Source: an uncultured Verrucomicrobiota bacterium
GTDB taxonomy: Bacteria; Verrucomicrobiota; Verrucomicrobiia; Palsa-1439
NCBI GenBank assembly: GCA_964541945.1
Contig: CAZISE010000003.1
Location: 115,649 to 179,648 of the forward strand
Direction: 5' to 3'
Length of the DNA: 64,000 nucleotides
Shown here: positions 49,548 to 59,303 of the stretch, piece by piece
How the letters are laid out: the number at the start of each line of letters is the position of its first letter
How positions within the stretch are numbered: the first letter of the stretch is position 1
Position numbers and translations under genes: made by a program
Notes under the pieces: model-generated
The model's database searches: none
Told to the model about the DNA's origin: nothing
Seen by the model: only the letters and a program-made list of their open reading frames with translations

Positions 49548-49718
49548 TCAAAATGAACCGGAAACAAGGGCACCGAGCAGGGCGCCGTAAAGGGTGCTGA
49601 TCCACGGGTTGCTCGTCAACGGACAGGCGCCCGTGGAACAGCCTACCAGACGATAGTAGGCAAAACCGAGCAGACCGCCGATGACTACGCCGAGCAAGAG
49701 CTTGACTGCGGCATTCAT
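49548..49718 (-). CDS. small membrane protein with CxxxC motif (hypothetical)
   Basis: MNAAVKLLLGVVIGGLLGFAYYRLVGCSTGACPLTSNPWISTLYGALLGALVSGSF has two TM helices flanking CSTGAC. Confidence 0.35.
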   Translation of the reverse strand: MNAAVKLLLGVVIGGLLGFAYYRLVGCSTGACPLTSNPWISTLYGALLGALVSGSF

Positions 49719-49719
49719 C

Positions 49720-50049
49720 TCACAAGCCCTCCTGCGCGAGTCGGTGATAACTTTGCCGCAGCGACCGGGCGTCATAGCCGTGGCGTTTCAGGATTCTGGC
49801 GGCAATAACGGATCGGAACCCCGATTGGCAATGCAGGTAGATGGGTTTGTCCGTGGGCAGGATCGAGGTCGGGCCGGTTTCTTGGAGGCGGCTGAGCGGA
49901 ACAAGCCGGGCGTGTTTCAAATGGCCGTTGTCCCATTCTTCCGGTTCGCGCACGTCCACCAACAGGGCACGACCCTCGGCCACAGCGTTTCGTACCGCCG
50001 TCAGCGTTTCGGTTCCGCCGCCCCATAAGGTTGTCAGCAACTTCATCAT
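49720..50049 (-). CDS. rhodanese-like domain protein (sulfurtransferase)
   Basis: 109 aa. LLVDVREPEEWDNGHLKHARLVP...IYLHCQSGFRSVIAARIL has the active-site Cys loop CQSGFRS. Confidence 0.8.
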   Translation of the reverse strand: MMKLLTTLWGGGTETLTAVRNAVAEGRALLVDVREPEEWDNGHLKHARLVPLSRLQETGPTSILPTDKPIYLHCQSGFRSVIAARILKRHGYDARSLRQSYHRLAQEGL

Positions 50050-50127
50050 GGTGTTCCTTTTGACGAAGACTGAGCCGCGGGATGGCGAAAGGTTACAGCG
50101 GGTTGATTTGTGCCAACGGCGCGGTGG

Positions 50128-51969
50128 TTACTGGTAGTAGGCTTTGAGGACGTATTGGAGGATCATGCGCTGGGTGTTGAAGAAAGAGCCGTTCAGGGCA
50201 ATGGCATGGCGCATGACGTCGAGGTAACGGTCGCGCTGGCGGTAAAAGAGGGGCAGGACGACCGTTTCCAATTTGTCGTAGAGTGAAGCGGCGTCGTGCG
50301 GGGTGCGGTCGCCCGTAGTGGGGGCGGTGGAATCAATGGCCCAGCCGGTTACGCCTTCGATGCAGCCTTCAATCCACCAGCCATCGAGGATGCTGAGGCT
50401 GGGAACGGCATTGATAGCGGCTTTCATGCCGCTGGTGCCGCTGGCTTCCATGGGAGGCAACGGCGTGTTCAGCCAGACATCCACGCCGGCGGTCAACAAT
50501 CGGGCCAGCGTCCAATCGTAGTTGGGCAGGTAGGCGATCTTGATGTCGCGGCGCAGGGCGTCGCGGGCGGCGAAGATGTGTTGGATGAGCTCTTTGCCGC
50601 CGCGGTCTTGCGGGTGCGCCTTGCCGGCGTAGAGAATCTGGAAACGACCGGCGTTGCGGGCAATGGCCCGGAGCCGATCAACGTCGTGAAACAGAAGCTC
50701 GGCGCGTTTGTAGGCGGCGGCGCGTCGGGCAAACCCAATGGTGAAATCGCGCGTGTCAAAGCCGGCGTTGGTCTCGTGATTAACGAATTCGATGAGCCGT
50801 CGTTTGGAGGTTTCGTGGGCGGCCCAGACTTCGGCTGGCGGGATACTGAGGGCGTAGCGGAGGCTGAAACTGTCCTCGCGCCAGCCGGGGATGTGTTTGT
50901 CGAACAGTTCCTGGAACGCGGGCGCGGCCCAGGTGGGGACGTGGACGCCGTTGGTAATGGCGTCCACCTGGTACTCGGCAAACATGTGGCGGCTGACTTC
51001 GGCATGTTTTTTGGCGACACCGTTGACGTAGTGGCTGAGGTTGAGCGCCAGGAAAGTCATGTTGAGCACGGTGTCGGTGCAGAACAACGCTTTCATGTCC
51101 TGCCCGCCGGGAGGCTGTTGGAGGATTTTGGCGGCGAAATTGATGCAAAACTGGTCCTGCATCCGGGCAAAAACCTCCGGCATCCCCAACACACGATGAA
51201 CCATTTCCATCGGAAACTGGTCATGTCCCGCCGGCACGGGTGTGTGTGTGGTGAAAATACATTTCTGGCGGACGGCTTCGACGTCTTCGGGGGTGACAGC
51301 GTCGTGCCGGGCGTGGCCGACCTGTTCGAGGAGCAACTCCACCGTCAACAACGCCGCGTGCCCCTCGTTCATGTGAAAACGTTGGAGCGAATCCAGACCG
51401 AGCGCCCGCAAGAGGCGGACACCGCCCAGACCCAGAATCGCCTCCTGACAGAGCCGGTAACGGTTGTCGCCGCCATAGAGGTAATGCGTCAACGCGCGGT
51501 CGGCCTCGGTGTTTTCCGGCAGGTCCGTGTCGAGCAGATAAACAGGAACAACACCGCCACCGATGCCGGTGACGTTGTATTGCCAGGCCCGGACCTGCAC
51601 GGGGCGGCCCTCGATGGTGACGGTGACACGCGGAGGCAGTTCGGTGAGGAAATCCTCGATCACCCATTCGGCGGGTTCCTCCGTCTGCCAGCCACTGGCA
51701 TCGAGCCGCTGATAGAAATAACCTTTCCGATGCAACAGCGAGACGGCCACCATCGGCACATTCCGATCGGCAGCGGCGCGGATGGTGTCGCCCGCCAGGA
51801 TGCCCAGACCGCCGCTGTAGGTGGGGATGGACGGTTCCAGCGCAATCTCCATCGAGAAATAGGCAATCAAGGGCTTGGTCACACGCCCATGATGGGTTGA
51901 AGCCCGTGAGAAGTCAACGCCAGAGGCGCGCGTTGACAAGCCGCCGCGGGGTTCGTAGGCTGACAACAC
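50128..51969 (-). CDS. alpha-glucan (glycogen/maltodextrin) phosphorylase, GT35 family (short archaeal/bacterial type)
   Basis: 613 aa. [27 protein letters not shown] is the GlgP N-terminal signature. The length fits the ~550-700 aa alpha-glucan phosphorylase subgroup. The start codon is uncertain. Confidence 0.8.
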   Translation of the reverse strand: MLSAYEPRGGLSTRASGVDFSRASTHHGRVTKPLIAYFSMEIALEPSIPTYSGGLGILAGDTIRAAADRNVPMVAVSLLHRKGYFYQRLDASGWQTEEPAEWVIEDFLTELPPRVTVTIEGRPVQVRAWQYNVTGIGGGVVPVYLLDTDLPENTEADRALTHYLYGGDNRYRLCQEAILGLGGVRLLRALGLDSLQRFHMNEGHAALLTVELLLEQVGHARHDAVTPEDVEAVRQKCIFTTHTPVPAGHDQFPMEMVHRVLGMPEVFARMQDQFCINFAAKILQQPPGGQDMKALFCTDTVLNMTFLALNLSHYVNGVAKKHAEVSRHMFAEYQVDAITNGVHVPTWAAPAFQELFDKHIPGWREDSFSLRYALSIPPAEVWAAHETSKRRLIEFVNHETNAGFDTRDFTIGFARRAAAYKRAELLFHDVDRLRAIARNAGRFQILYAGKAHPQDRGGKELIQHIFAARDALRRDIKIAYLPNYDWTLARLLTAGVDVWLNTPLPPMEASGTSGMKAAINAVPSLSILDGWWIEGCIEGVTGWAIDSTAPTTGDRTPHDAASLYDKLETVVLPLFYRQRDRYLDVMRHAIALNGSFFNTQRMILQYVLKAYYQ

Positions 51970-51971
51970 TC

Positions 51972-53531
51972 ATGGCAGCACTCTCCAAACGCGAACAACG
52001 GCTCCGATTCGCCGGCATCGGCGACCGCGAGGCCGCCCTGTTGCGGACGCTGCGCCCGCTGGTGGAACAACACTGCGACGCGCTGGCGGAAAACTGGTGC
52101 GCCCTGTTGGAGACGCTGCCGGAAACCGCCGAGATGTTGCGGACGCGAACCACCAAGGACCGCCTGAAAGCCGTCTATCGCGAGTATCTGCTGCGAATCA
52201 CCGACGGCCGGTTCGACGAGGATTATTTTGCCGAACGCCAACGACTGGGCCACATGCACGAGCGCATCGGATTGCAACCACGCTGGTACCTGCTGGGATA
52301 CGGCTCGTTGCTGGGCGCGCTCACTCCGCTGGTTCGACGCCACTGCCCGGACACGGCGGACGAAACGCTCGTCGCCCTCCAAAAAGTTTTCTTGCTCGAT
52401 GCCTCGCTGGCCGTGGACGCCTACATCGCCAGCGACCGCTATCGTCGGATGCAGGAGCTGGAAAGCATTATCAACGATTCGGCCGATGCCATTTTTACGG
52501 TGGATGCCGAGAAACGATTCCGCTCCTGGAACCGCGCCGCCGCCGAGCTTTTTGGTTGGAAGGCGGAGGAGATTATCGGCAAACCGGTCCGGTTCCTGGT
52601 ACCGCCCGATCTGCTGGAAGCGGGAGAACTCGAACACATTGACCGACAGGTGGACGCCGAGGGACACATCCATCTTGAAACCGTCCGCCTCGCCAAAAAC
52701 GGACAGCGCGTGCCCGTGGAGTTGAGCGTGTCCGTCGTGCGCGACCCGCAGGGCGACCCGATCGGCCGCTGCGCCATCCTGCGCGACATCACCGAACGAA
52801 AACGCCTCGAAGAAGCCAAACTTCAGGCCGAACGTCTCGCCGTCATCGGCGCCATGTCCGCCAAACTCGCCCACGAAATCCGCAACCCGCTCAGTTCCAT
52901 TACCCTCAACCTCGCCCTCGTCGGTGACGAAGCCGCCGTTCTGGCGGAAGCCGAGCCGTCCGCTACCGCCGAAATGCGGACCCTGCTCAGCGCCATTGAC
53001 GCCGAGGTACGTCGCATCCAGCGCGTGACCGAAGACTACCTCCAGTTTGCCCGAATGCCCAAACCGCGCCGTGACCTGGTCTCGCTCAACGACCTGCTCA
53101 CCCAGGGACTTTCCTTCCTTCAAAGCACCTTCGACGCCGCCGGCGTAACCGTCGTGCGACGGCTCGATCCCTCGCTGCCCGCCGTCTGCGGCGACGAAGC
53201 CCAACTCTGGCAGGCCATCCTCAACCTCATCCGCAACGCCCTCGAAGCCATGCCCGACGGCGGCACCCTCACGCTGGCCACCGCCCACAACGATACCCGC
53301 GCCCTGCTGCGCGTCACCGACACCGGCAAGGGCATGGACGCCGCCACGCAACAGAACCTTTTCAAACCGTTCTTCAGCACCAAATCCAGCGGCACCGGCC
53401 TCGGCCTGCCACTGACCCGCCAGGTTGTCGCCGAACACGGCGGACGAATCAGTTGCGAAAGCGCGCCCGACCGTGGTACGAGTTTCCTGATCGAACTGCC
53501 GATCCCCGACAATCATGCCCAGGAAAGCTGA
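51972..53531 (+). CDS. globin-coupled-sensor (protoglobin-like) – PAS – histidine kinase
   Basis: Start at ATG ~51972 (MAALSKREQRL...). The N-terminal ~170 aa have the globin-coupled sensor signature YFAERQRLGHMHERIGLQPRWYLLGYGSLLGAL. A PAS domain (SADAIFTVDAEKRFRSWNRAAAELFGW...) is followed by HisKA AVIGAMSAKLAHEIRNPL and HATPase VTDTGKGM/GTGLGLPL. Confidence 0.65.
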   Translation: MAALSKREQRLRFAGIGDREAALLRTLRPLVEQHCDALAENWCALLETLPETAEMLRTRTTKDRLKAVYREYLLRITDGRFDEDYFAERQRLGHMHERIGLQPRWYLLGYGSLLGALTPLVRRHCPDTADETLVALQKVFLLDASLAVDAYIASDRYRRMQELESIINDSADAIFTVDAEKRFRSWNRAAAELFGWKAEEIIGKPVRFLVPPDLLEAGELEHIDRQVDAEGHIHLETVRLAKNGQRVPVELSVSVVRDPQGDPIGRCAILRDITERKRLEEAKLQAERLAVIGAMSAKLAHEIRNPLSSITLNLALVGDEAAVLAEAEPSATAEMRTLLSAIDAEVRRIQRVTEDYLQFARMPKPRRDLVSLNDLLTQGLSFLQSTFDAAGVTVVRRLDPSLPAVCGDEAQLWQAILNLIRNALEAMPDGGTLTLATAHNDTRALLRVTDTGKGMDAATQQNLFKPFFSTKSSGTGLGLPLTRQVVAEHGGRISCESAPDRGTSFLIELPIPDNHAQES

Positions 53532-54909
53532 CATCCTGCTGGTGGACGACGAGGAAGCGCTTTGCACGGCGGCGGAGAAAATCCTCGCCAAGGAAGGCTA
53601 CGCCGTCACCTGCGTCCACACCGCCGCCGACGGGCTTGCCCGCTTCGAGCAGGCCGGTGCCGATCTCATTATCACCGACCTCGCTCTGCCCGATCAGGAC
53701 GGACTTGCCGTGTTGCGCCGTGCCAAACAACTGTCCCCCGCCGTCGAAGTCATCGTCATCACCGGCCACGGCACCGTCGAGAAAGCCGTCGAAGGCATGC
53801 GGCTCGGCGCGTACGATTTCATCGAAAAACCGCTTGACCGCAGCGCGCTGCTGAAAGCCGTTGCCAAAGCGCTCGAAAAACAGCGGCTCACCGCCGAAAA
53901 CCTTCGCCTGCGCGACGCCCTCCAACAAGCCCGCGGCGAGGAAGCCCTCATCGGCAACAGCCCCCCGATGTTGGCCGTCAAAAAACTCATCCGCCAGATT
54001 GCCCCGACCGATGTCAGTGTCCTCATCCAGGGTGAAAGCGGCACCGGCAAGGAAGTGGTAGCCGACGTGATTCACACGCTCAGCCACCGCCGCAACGCGC
54101 CGATGGTGAAAATCAGTTGCGCCGCTATCCCCGAAACACTGCTGGAAAGCGAACTGTTCGGCTACGAGCGCGGCGCGTTCACCGGCGCCGCCAACACCAA
54201 GGCCGGCAAACTCGAACTGGCCGACAGCGGCACGCTTTTCCTGGACGAAATTGCCGAGATGAGTCCCCCGTTGCAGGCGAAACTGCTGCGCGTGTTGCAG
54301 GATGGCCGATTCCAACGACTCGGTTCCACCCGCGACATCCAAATTGACATCCGCATCATCAGCGCCTCCCACGTGGACATCCCGCAGTCCATCGCCGAAA
54401 AACGATTCCGCGAAGACCTCTACTACCGGCTCAACGTCGTCCACATCCAACTTCCCCCCCTGCGCGACCGGCCCGAAGACATCCCGCTGCTGGCCAGTTT
54501 CTTCCTCAACAAATACGCCGCCCGCATGCACAAAAACATCCGCGCCATCGCCCCCGCCGCCCTCGACCAACTCCTCGCTCACCCCTGGCCCGGCAACGTC
54601 CGCGAACTGGAAAACGCCATCCAACGCGCCATCGCTGTCGCCAGCGACGACACCATTTCCTCCTTCATCCTCTGCGCCCCGCTGGCCGGCGGCCCCGCCA
54701 TTGCCGCCACCGCCGCGGCGGCCGTGCCCGTTCCGACACGCGGCCCCGGCGCCGGTATCACCATTCCAGTGGGAACAACGCTGGAAAAAGCCGAACAACG
54801 CCTCATTGCCGAGACCCTCTCCCAATGCGGTGGCGACAAGGAGAAGGCTGCCCGCATCCTCGGCGTCAGTTCCCGTACCTTGTATCGGCGCCTCAAAGCC
54901 CCAGAGTGA
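53515..54909 (+). CDS. sigma-54-dependent Fis-family (NtrC-type) response regulator
   Basis: REC domain ILLVDDEEAL...DLIITDLALPDQDG. AAA+ sigma-54 interaction domain GESGTGKE and ESELFGYERGAFTGA (GAFTGA). C-terminal Fis HTH RILGVSSRTLYRRLK. Confidence 0.85.
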   Translation: MPRKADILLVDDEEALCTAAEKILAKEGYAVTCVHTAADGLARFEQAGADLIITDLALPDQDGLAVLRRAKQLSPAVEVIVITGHGTVEKAVEGMRLGAYDFIEKPLDRSALLKAVAKALEKQRLTAENLRLRDALQQARGEEALIGNSPPMLAVKKLIRQIAPTDVSVLIQGESGTGKEVVADVIHTLSHRRNAPMVKISCAAIPETLLESELFGYERGAFTGAANTKAGKLELADSGTLFLDEIAEMSPPLQAKLLRVLQDGRFQRLGSTRDIQIDIRIISASHVDIPQSIAEKRFREDLYYRLNVVHIQLPPLRDRPEDIPLLASFFLNKYAARMHKNIRAIAPAALDQLLAHPWPGNVRELENAIQRAIAVASDDTISSFILCAPLAGGPAIAATAAAAVPVPTRGPGAGITIPVGTTLEKAEQRLIAETLSQCGGDKEKAARILGVSSRTLYRRLKAPE

Positions 54910-56230
54910 CCTGGACGTACACGAAATCCGCGTCGTCGTGCGCCCCGGTCCGGCTCACAAAACTGCCGCAAAAGAAACGTGAGTAACCAGCCAGCAGTTT
55001 CAGGTGCTTGTTGACGGTGTAGCTGGCGGTCAGATCCATCTCCGAGCCGACAAAACGGCCCGCCGCGCCGCTGAGACTGCGGCGAACCGCGGTCTGACTC
55101 GCCCGGTACCAGGCATCCTCCTTCTGGGCCAGCCAGAACAAATGACCGTCGAGCTGGAGCTTGAGATTTTTCAGCGGCGTCACCGCAAACAGGGCGTGCG
55201 GGTTGTGGACATTTTTCCAGGCGAAAAAGTCTTCAAACCCGTAGAACTTGTGGTTGGTCGGGAAAAGATTGTCGAACGTTTCGTTGACGCCGTCGTTCGG
55301 GTTGCGGTCGCCGCTGGCGTAGTTGTATTCGAGCGCCAGACGCGGTTTCCAGTCGTGCGAGAAGGTGTAACCGGCGCCAATGGTGCCGGCAAAGGCGCGT
55401 TGGACCGCCGCGGTGGTGTTGGTTTCGCCAAAGTAACTGCCGCCGCCGCCCTGGATGTGGCCGAATTGCCCGGCGAACTCCACGTAGTAATCCCACGGCG
55501 CCAGTTTTTCCGTGGAAGCGAGACGAGCGCCGAGCGTGTAGATGCGGCGGGCAGGGCCTTGGTAGGCGGCGTCGGTTTTGTTTCGCAACAGCGCGTACAG
55601 TTCCCACACATGTTTATCCATGGCCCGGCACTGGCCGTACAAACCGAAAAAGTCGTCGGCCCAGTCCGCCCGGTCGTCGAAGGTACCGTCACGGCTGCTG
55701 GTGACGTTGTTGTTGACGACATTGGCGCCGAAGGCGTCCACCCACCATTTGTCGGCCTGCCAGCGGAGTTTGGCGGCATCGAACACCCGTCCGATGTTGT
55801 TCCAATCAAAGGCGCCGATGAGGCGTTCCTCGCCGTAGCCGAGCGTTTGGCGGCCGACTTTGAGGAGGAGAGGGAAATCGTTTCCGTTGCCCACCTCGAT
55901 CCAACCCTGTCGCCAGTCGAGGCGGTCTTCTTCCAGATCGGTGTTCAGCGGGTAACGGGTGGAGCCGATTTCTCGGGAATCCTGCAGTTCACCGTAAAGT
56001 TTGAGCCAGTCCAGCGGTTTTACGCCAAGCCCCGCCCGCAGACGCTGGAGCAGCCAGACATCGGTATCCTGGCGGATGTCGTTGTTGAAGGCAATGTTGT
56101 TGGCCCGGTACTCGACGCGGGCGCGTTCTTCCGCCGTGGCCCAAAGTTTGCCGTTGGCAAACTCAAACTGGCCATAAACCGCCATCGGCGCCGCGGCCGT
56201 GATGGCGGCCAGCCACAAGATTGGTTTCAT
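54893..56230 (-). CDS. alginate-export-family-like outer-membrane beta-barrel protein
   Basis: Start ATG ~56228-56230 (MKPILWLAAITAAAPMAVYG), preceded by GGAGG. It is aromatic-rich with alternating beta-strand patterns. The family assignment is tentative. Confidence 0.5.
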   Translation of the reverse strand: MKPILWLAAITAAAPMAVYGQFEFANGKLWATAEERARVEYRANNIAFNNDIRQDTDVWLLQRLRAGLGVKPLDWLKLYGELQDSREIGSTRYPLNTDLEEDRLDWRQGWIEVGNGNDFPLLLKVGRQTLGYGEERLIGAFDWNNIGRVFDAAKLRWQADKWWVDAFGANVVNNNVTSSRDGTFDDRADWADDFFGLYGQCRAMDKHVWELYALLRNKTDAAYQGPARRIYTLGARLASTEKLAPWDYYVEFAGQFGHIQGGGGSYFGETNTTAAVQRAFAGTIGAGYTFSHDWKPRLALEYNYASGDRNPNDGVNETFDNLFPTNHKFYGFEDFFAWKNVHNPHALFAVTPLKNLKLQLDGHLFWLAQKEDAWYRASQTAVRRSLSGAAGRFVGSEMDLTASYTVNKHLKLLAGYSRFFCGSFVSRTGAHDDADFVYVQVTLGL

Positions 56231-56306
56231 GGTCATTCCTCCGTTGCAGTGGGGCATTTCTGCCACCGGCAAGCCCGGAAGGAATTGACGCGGGTCAACC
56301 TGTCCG

Positions 56307-56582
56307 TTACTTCGCGGCTTTGCCGTCGCGGATGGATTCCAGATACTGGATCATGGCGGCGGCTTGATCGGCGGTGAGCTTACCTTTTTTCTCGATGTGC
56401 CCCTTCATCTTCTCCAGCGACTTGCCTTTCAGGCCGTCGGCGGTGAGGGGATGCTTGTTATTTTTGTGGCACATGTTGCAGGTGGTCTGGAGTTTTTGTG
56501 CCGGGTCGAAGTTCTCGGATTTGGCCGCGTCGGTGTGAGCGGCGCCGAGCATGACGGCGAGAGCGAGTGTGGGGATGATCAT
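56307..56582 (-). CDS. small mono-heme c-type cytochrome
   Basis: 91 aa with a signal peptide MIIPTLALAVMLGAAHTDAA, a single CNMCH heme-binding motif and a downstream Met (KMKGH) as candidate distal ligand. Confidence 0.7.
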   Translation of the reverse strand: MIIPTLALAVMLGAAHTDAAKSENFDPAQKLQTTCNMCHKNNKHPLTADGLKGKSLEKMKGHIEKKGKLTADQAAAMIQYLESIRDGKAAK

Positions 56583-56642
56583 GGATGCTTCCTTTGTTGG
56601 GCGCGTAGTACTTCAGGTCAGGCACCAAATCAAGAACAATCA

Positions 56643-58079
56643 CTATCGGCGGGGCACCGCCAACTGGCCTTGTCGGGCGTAGTCAATGGCCTCGCCGAGG
56701 ATGCGGGCGGCTTCCTGCGGGGCATGGAAGCCCATCGAGTTTTCGGCGTTGACGAAGTCCACGCGCCACTGGGCCTTGCGCTGGAGGGCGCGGGCGGCGG
56801 CCAGTTGTTCATCGGTCGCACCCGCTTTCATGGCGGCAGCAATGTCCTCGATGAGGGCGACGGTGGCGTCTTCGGCCCGCAACAGCAGCGCGAAATTGCG
56901 GTCTTGGATGGTGGTGACCCGCGCTTTCATTTCGTCCTCGGAAAAATGGTGGCAGACCTGACAGGCGTTGTTGACGTTGAGCAGGGGGCTGCGGACCCAG
57001 TGGTCACTGATTTTGATGGCGCCCTCGCGTTTGTAGGGCATGTGACAGTCGGCGCAGGCCACGCCGCTGCGGGCGTGGATGCCCTGGCTCCACATCTCGA
57101 ATTCGGGATGCTGCGCCTTGAGGACTTCCGCGCCGGTGTCGGCGTGTTTCCAGTCGAAGAATCGCTTGCCGTCGGGGAAAAAGTAGTGGTCGTAGTATTC
57201 CTCGATCTGTTCGATTTTCAGGCCGTTGTTCCACGGGAAAAACAACGTTGTTTTGGGGCCGCAGTAATATTCGACATGGCATTGAGCGCAGACCATGGAG
57301 CGCATTTCCTGGCGGGTGGCAAGTTGATTGGCGTCATAGGGTGTCTGGCGATCGCCTTTGCGCCATTTCTCAATGGAGGGCAGGTGCGGCAGCGGTGCGG
57401 CGGAAGCAGCCAGAGCGCGAATCCCGTTGATAAACGCGGGTCGGGTGACGCGCAACTGCATTGTTTGCGGGTCGTGACAGTCAATGCAGGCGACGGGATG
57501 TTCGACGAGTCGGGTGGCGTTGCTGTAGGCCATGGCGCTGATTTTCTCGAAACCAAGCTGGAGCTGGGCATAGCCGGTCGGACTGGTCAACGGGTCAGCG
57601 AGTTTACCGGGCGCGCCGGCTTCAAGACCGGCCTTGCGGTAGGCGACCGTGACCGCCGCGTGGCAATGCAGACAGGAGCCGGTCTGAGGACGCTGGGTGA
57701 CCCGCTTGGTCGTGCGCTGGTCTTCCAACATGTAGGCATGACCGCGCCGGGCGCGGTAATCAATGGCGAAGGCATAGCCGTTGAAAATCTTCAACAGACG
57801 TGGGTCTGCCTTGAGTTTGTCAGTCGCAATGGCGTCGGAACCGCCGCCACCGTATTTGGTGACAGTGCGCTCGGAGGTGCGTTGGTAACCGTCGAACTGG
57901 CGCGGGAAGTTTCTTCCCCATTGGGCAGGGTCCACGGTGGTCTCGTCGAGATTGACCAGTTGGAACACAATTTGTCGCGCCTCCCTTTGACGGGTGGCAA
58001 TGTTTTCGTACAGCCACATCACGCCGACGGTCGCTCCCGCGACAATCAGCGCCAGCAAAACATAACCGATTTTTTTCAT
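56643..58079 (-). CDS. nrfA: pentaheme cytochrome c nitrite reductase NrfA (CxxCH heme-1 variant)
   Basis: Start ATG ~58077-58079 (MKKIGYVLLALIVAGATVGV), preceded by AGGAG. Five CxxCH motifs in NrfA order: CLHCH, CIDCH, CAQCH, CADCH, CQVCH. No CxxCK is present. Confidence 0.8.
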   Translation of the reverse strand: MKKIGYVLLALIVAGATVGVMWLYENIATRQREARQIVFQLVNLDETTVDPAQWGRNFPRQFDGYQRTSERTVTKYGGGGSDAIATDKLKADPRLLKIFNGYAFAIDYRARRGHAYMLEDQRTTKRVTQRPQTGSCLHCHAAVTVAYRKAGLEAGAPGKLADPLTSPTGYAQLQLGFEKISAMAYSNATRLVEHPVACIDCHDPQTMQLRVTRPAFINGIRALAASAAPLPHLPSIEKWRKGDRQTPYDANQLATRQEMRSMVCAQCHVEYYCGPKTTLFFPWNNGLKIEQIEEYYDHYFFPDGKRFFDWKHADTGAEVLKAQHPEFEMWSQGIHARSGVACADCHMPYKREGAIKISDHWVRSPLLNVNNACQVCHHFSEDEMKARVTTIQDRNFALLLRAEDATVALIEDIAAAMKAGATDEQLAAARALQRKAQWRVDFVNAENSMGFHAPQEAARILGEAIDYARQGQLAVPRR

Positions 58080-58090
58080 GGGCAATTCTC

Positions 58091-58534
58091 CTACTGACGG
58101 GCACCGTGTCCGACACCGGCGTGGCAACGGGCACAATACAGGTCCTCATCCTTTCCCACGCGGTGCGCGATGATTTCACGCACGTAATCCTTGTGACAAT
58201 ACAGACAATTCGCATTGAGTACGGCGGCATTGCCGGGTTTGATGCGAATCGGCTCGTGAAAATTCTGGAGGGTAAACGCCTCCGAATGATGCCAGCCGTT
58301 GGCGGCCTTGATCAGCCATTTGCCGACAAAATCATGAGGCACATGACAGTCGTTGCAGGTGGCCTGCGCATGATGACTCGCCTTCTGCCAACTGTCATAC
58401 TGCTCCCGCATGATATGACAATTCACACACGCCTTCGGGTCGTTGGAAAAATACGACAGCCCGCGCGCATAGAAAAATGTGTACCCGCCGGCGCCCAGCA
58501 GCGCGCCCAATAAAATTGCCAGAACCGCCTTCAT
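58091..58534 (-). CDS. nrfH: NapC/NirT-family tetraheme cytochrome c NrfH
   Basis: 147 aa starting MKAVLAILLGALLGAGGYTFFY (TM anchor). Four CxxCH motifs: CVNCH, CNDCH, CLYCH, CARCH. The listed ORF 58091..59095 is an upstream extension. Confidence 0.8.
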   Translation of the reverse strand: MKAVLAILLGALLGAGGYTFFYARGLSYFSNDPKACVNCHIMREQYDSWQKASHHAQATCNDCHVPHDFVGKWLIKAANGWHHSEAFTLQNFHEPIRIKPGNAAVLNANCLYCHKDYVREIIAHRVGKDEDLYCARCHAGVGHGARQ

Positions 58535-59253
58535 TACCGCAACGCTGCCACCAGCAACACGCCAAACAAAACTGAAAACCCCACCTCCGACCAGCCGAGA
58601 ACCTTGATGCGAAGCGGCCACGCGAGTCGCCCCACCCCAACCGCGGCTCGTGTCACCGCCGGCGCAAACGCCAGCAACAAGCGGTAAGAAAACACATTTG
58701 CCATGACCAACGCAAGCACGAACAGCGACAATCCCGCAAAAAATCCCAACACCGGCCACCGCTGCCCGCGCCGCGCCGTCACCGGCGCCAATCGCATCCG
58801 CACGTACAACAATCCGCCAACAAAATAAAGCCCGTTCCACAACCACAGCCAAAACGCCGTGGCATCCAACCGCCCCGTCGCGGTGTACCACGCTGCCGGC
58901 GCCGTCAACACGAGACCGACCGTTGCGGTCAGTTGCATCAACAAATGACGCCGGGTCGGTTGTGCCGCCAACACGGCAGCCACCCCGCTGAACGCGACCA
59001 GCCACCAGAGCTTCCACACAACAAACAACGGCAGCGCCGCCGCCAGGCTCGCCGCCAACAGCAGCGCCGTCCAACTCCATTGTCGTTTCAGCCAACTGGC
59101 GCGGGCCACATAGAAGAACAAGGTGCTTGCCAGCAGCAACGCGGTTTTCAAGTCAAACACACCCGCCACGCCGAGCGCCGTGCCAAACGGCACCAACAAC
59201 ATACCCCACGCGCCGTGTTCGCGCGGTACCGATGGTCGTTCAATCATCGTCAT
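58534..59253 (-). CDS. YwiC-like family polytopic membrane protein
   Basis: 239 aa with ~7 predicted TM helices. The N-terminus PREHGAWGMLLVPFGTALG resembles the YwiC-like family start. The stop abuts the nrfH start. Confidence 0.4.
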   Translation of the reverse strand: MTMIERPSVPREHGAWGMLLVPFGTALGVAGVFDLKTALLLASTLFFYVARASWLKRQWSWTALLLAASLAAALPLFVVWKLWWLVAFSGVAAVLAAQPTRRHLLMQLTATVGLVLTAPAAWYTATGRLDATAFWLWLWNGLYFVGGLLYVRMRLAPVTARRGQRWPVLGFFAGLSLFVLALVMANVFSYRLLLAFAPAVTRAAVGVGRLAWPLRIKVLGWSEVGFSVLFGVLLVAALR

Positions 59254-59303
59254 GGGAAGACGTTTACAACGACCCCGGAACGACCGAGTTGACGCCGGTC
59301 AAC

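Noticed and set aside
58535-59095. Upstream extension of the nrfH ORF to 59095 (334 aa)
   Set aside because: The NapC/NirT domain with its TM anchor starts at the internal ATG ~58534. The extension overlaps the YwiC-like membrane-protein gene in another frame.
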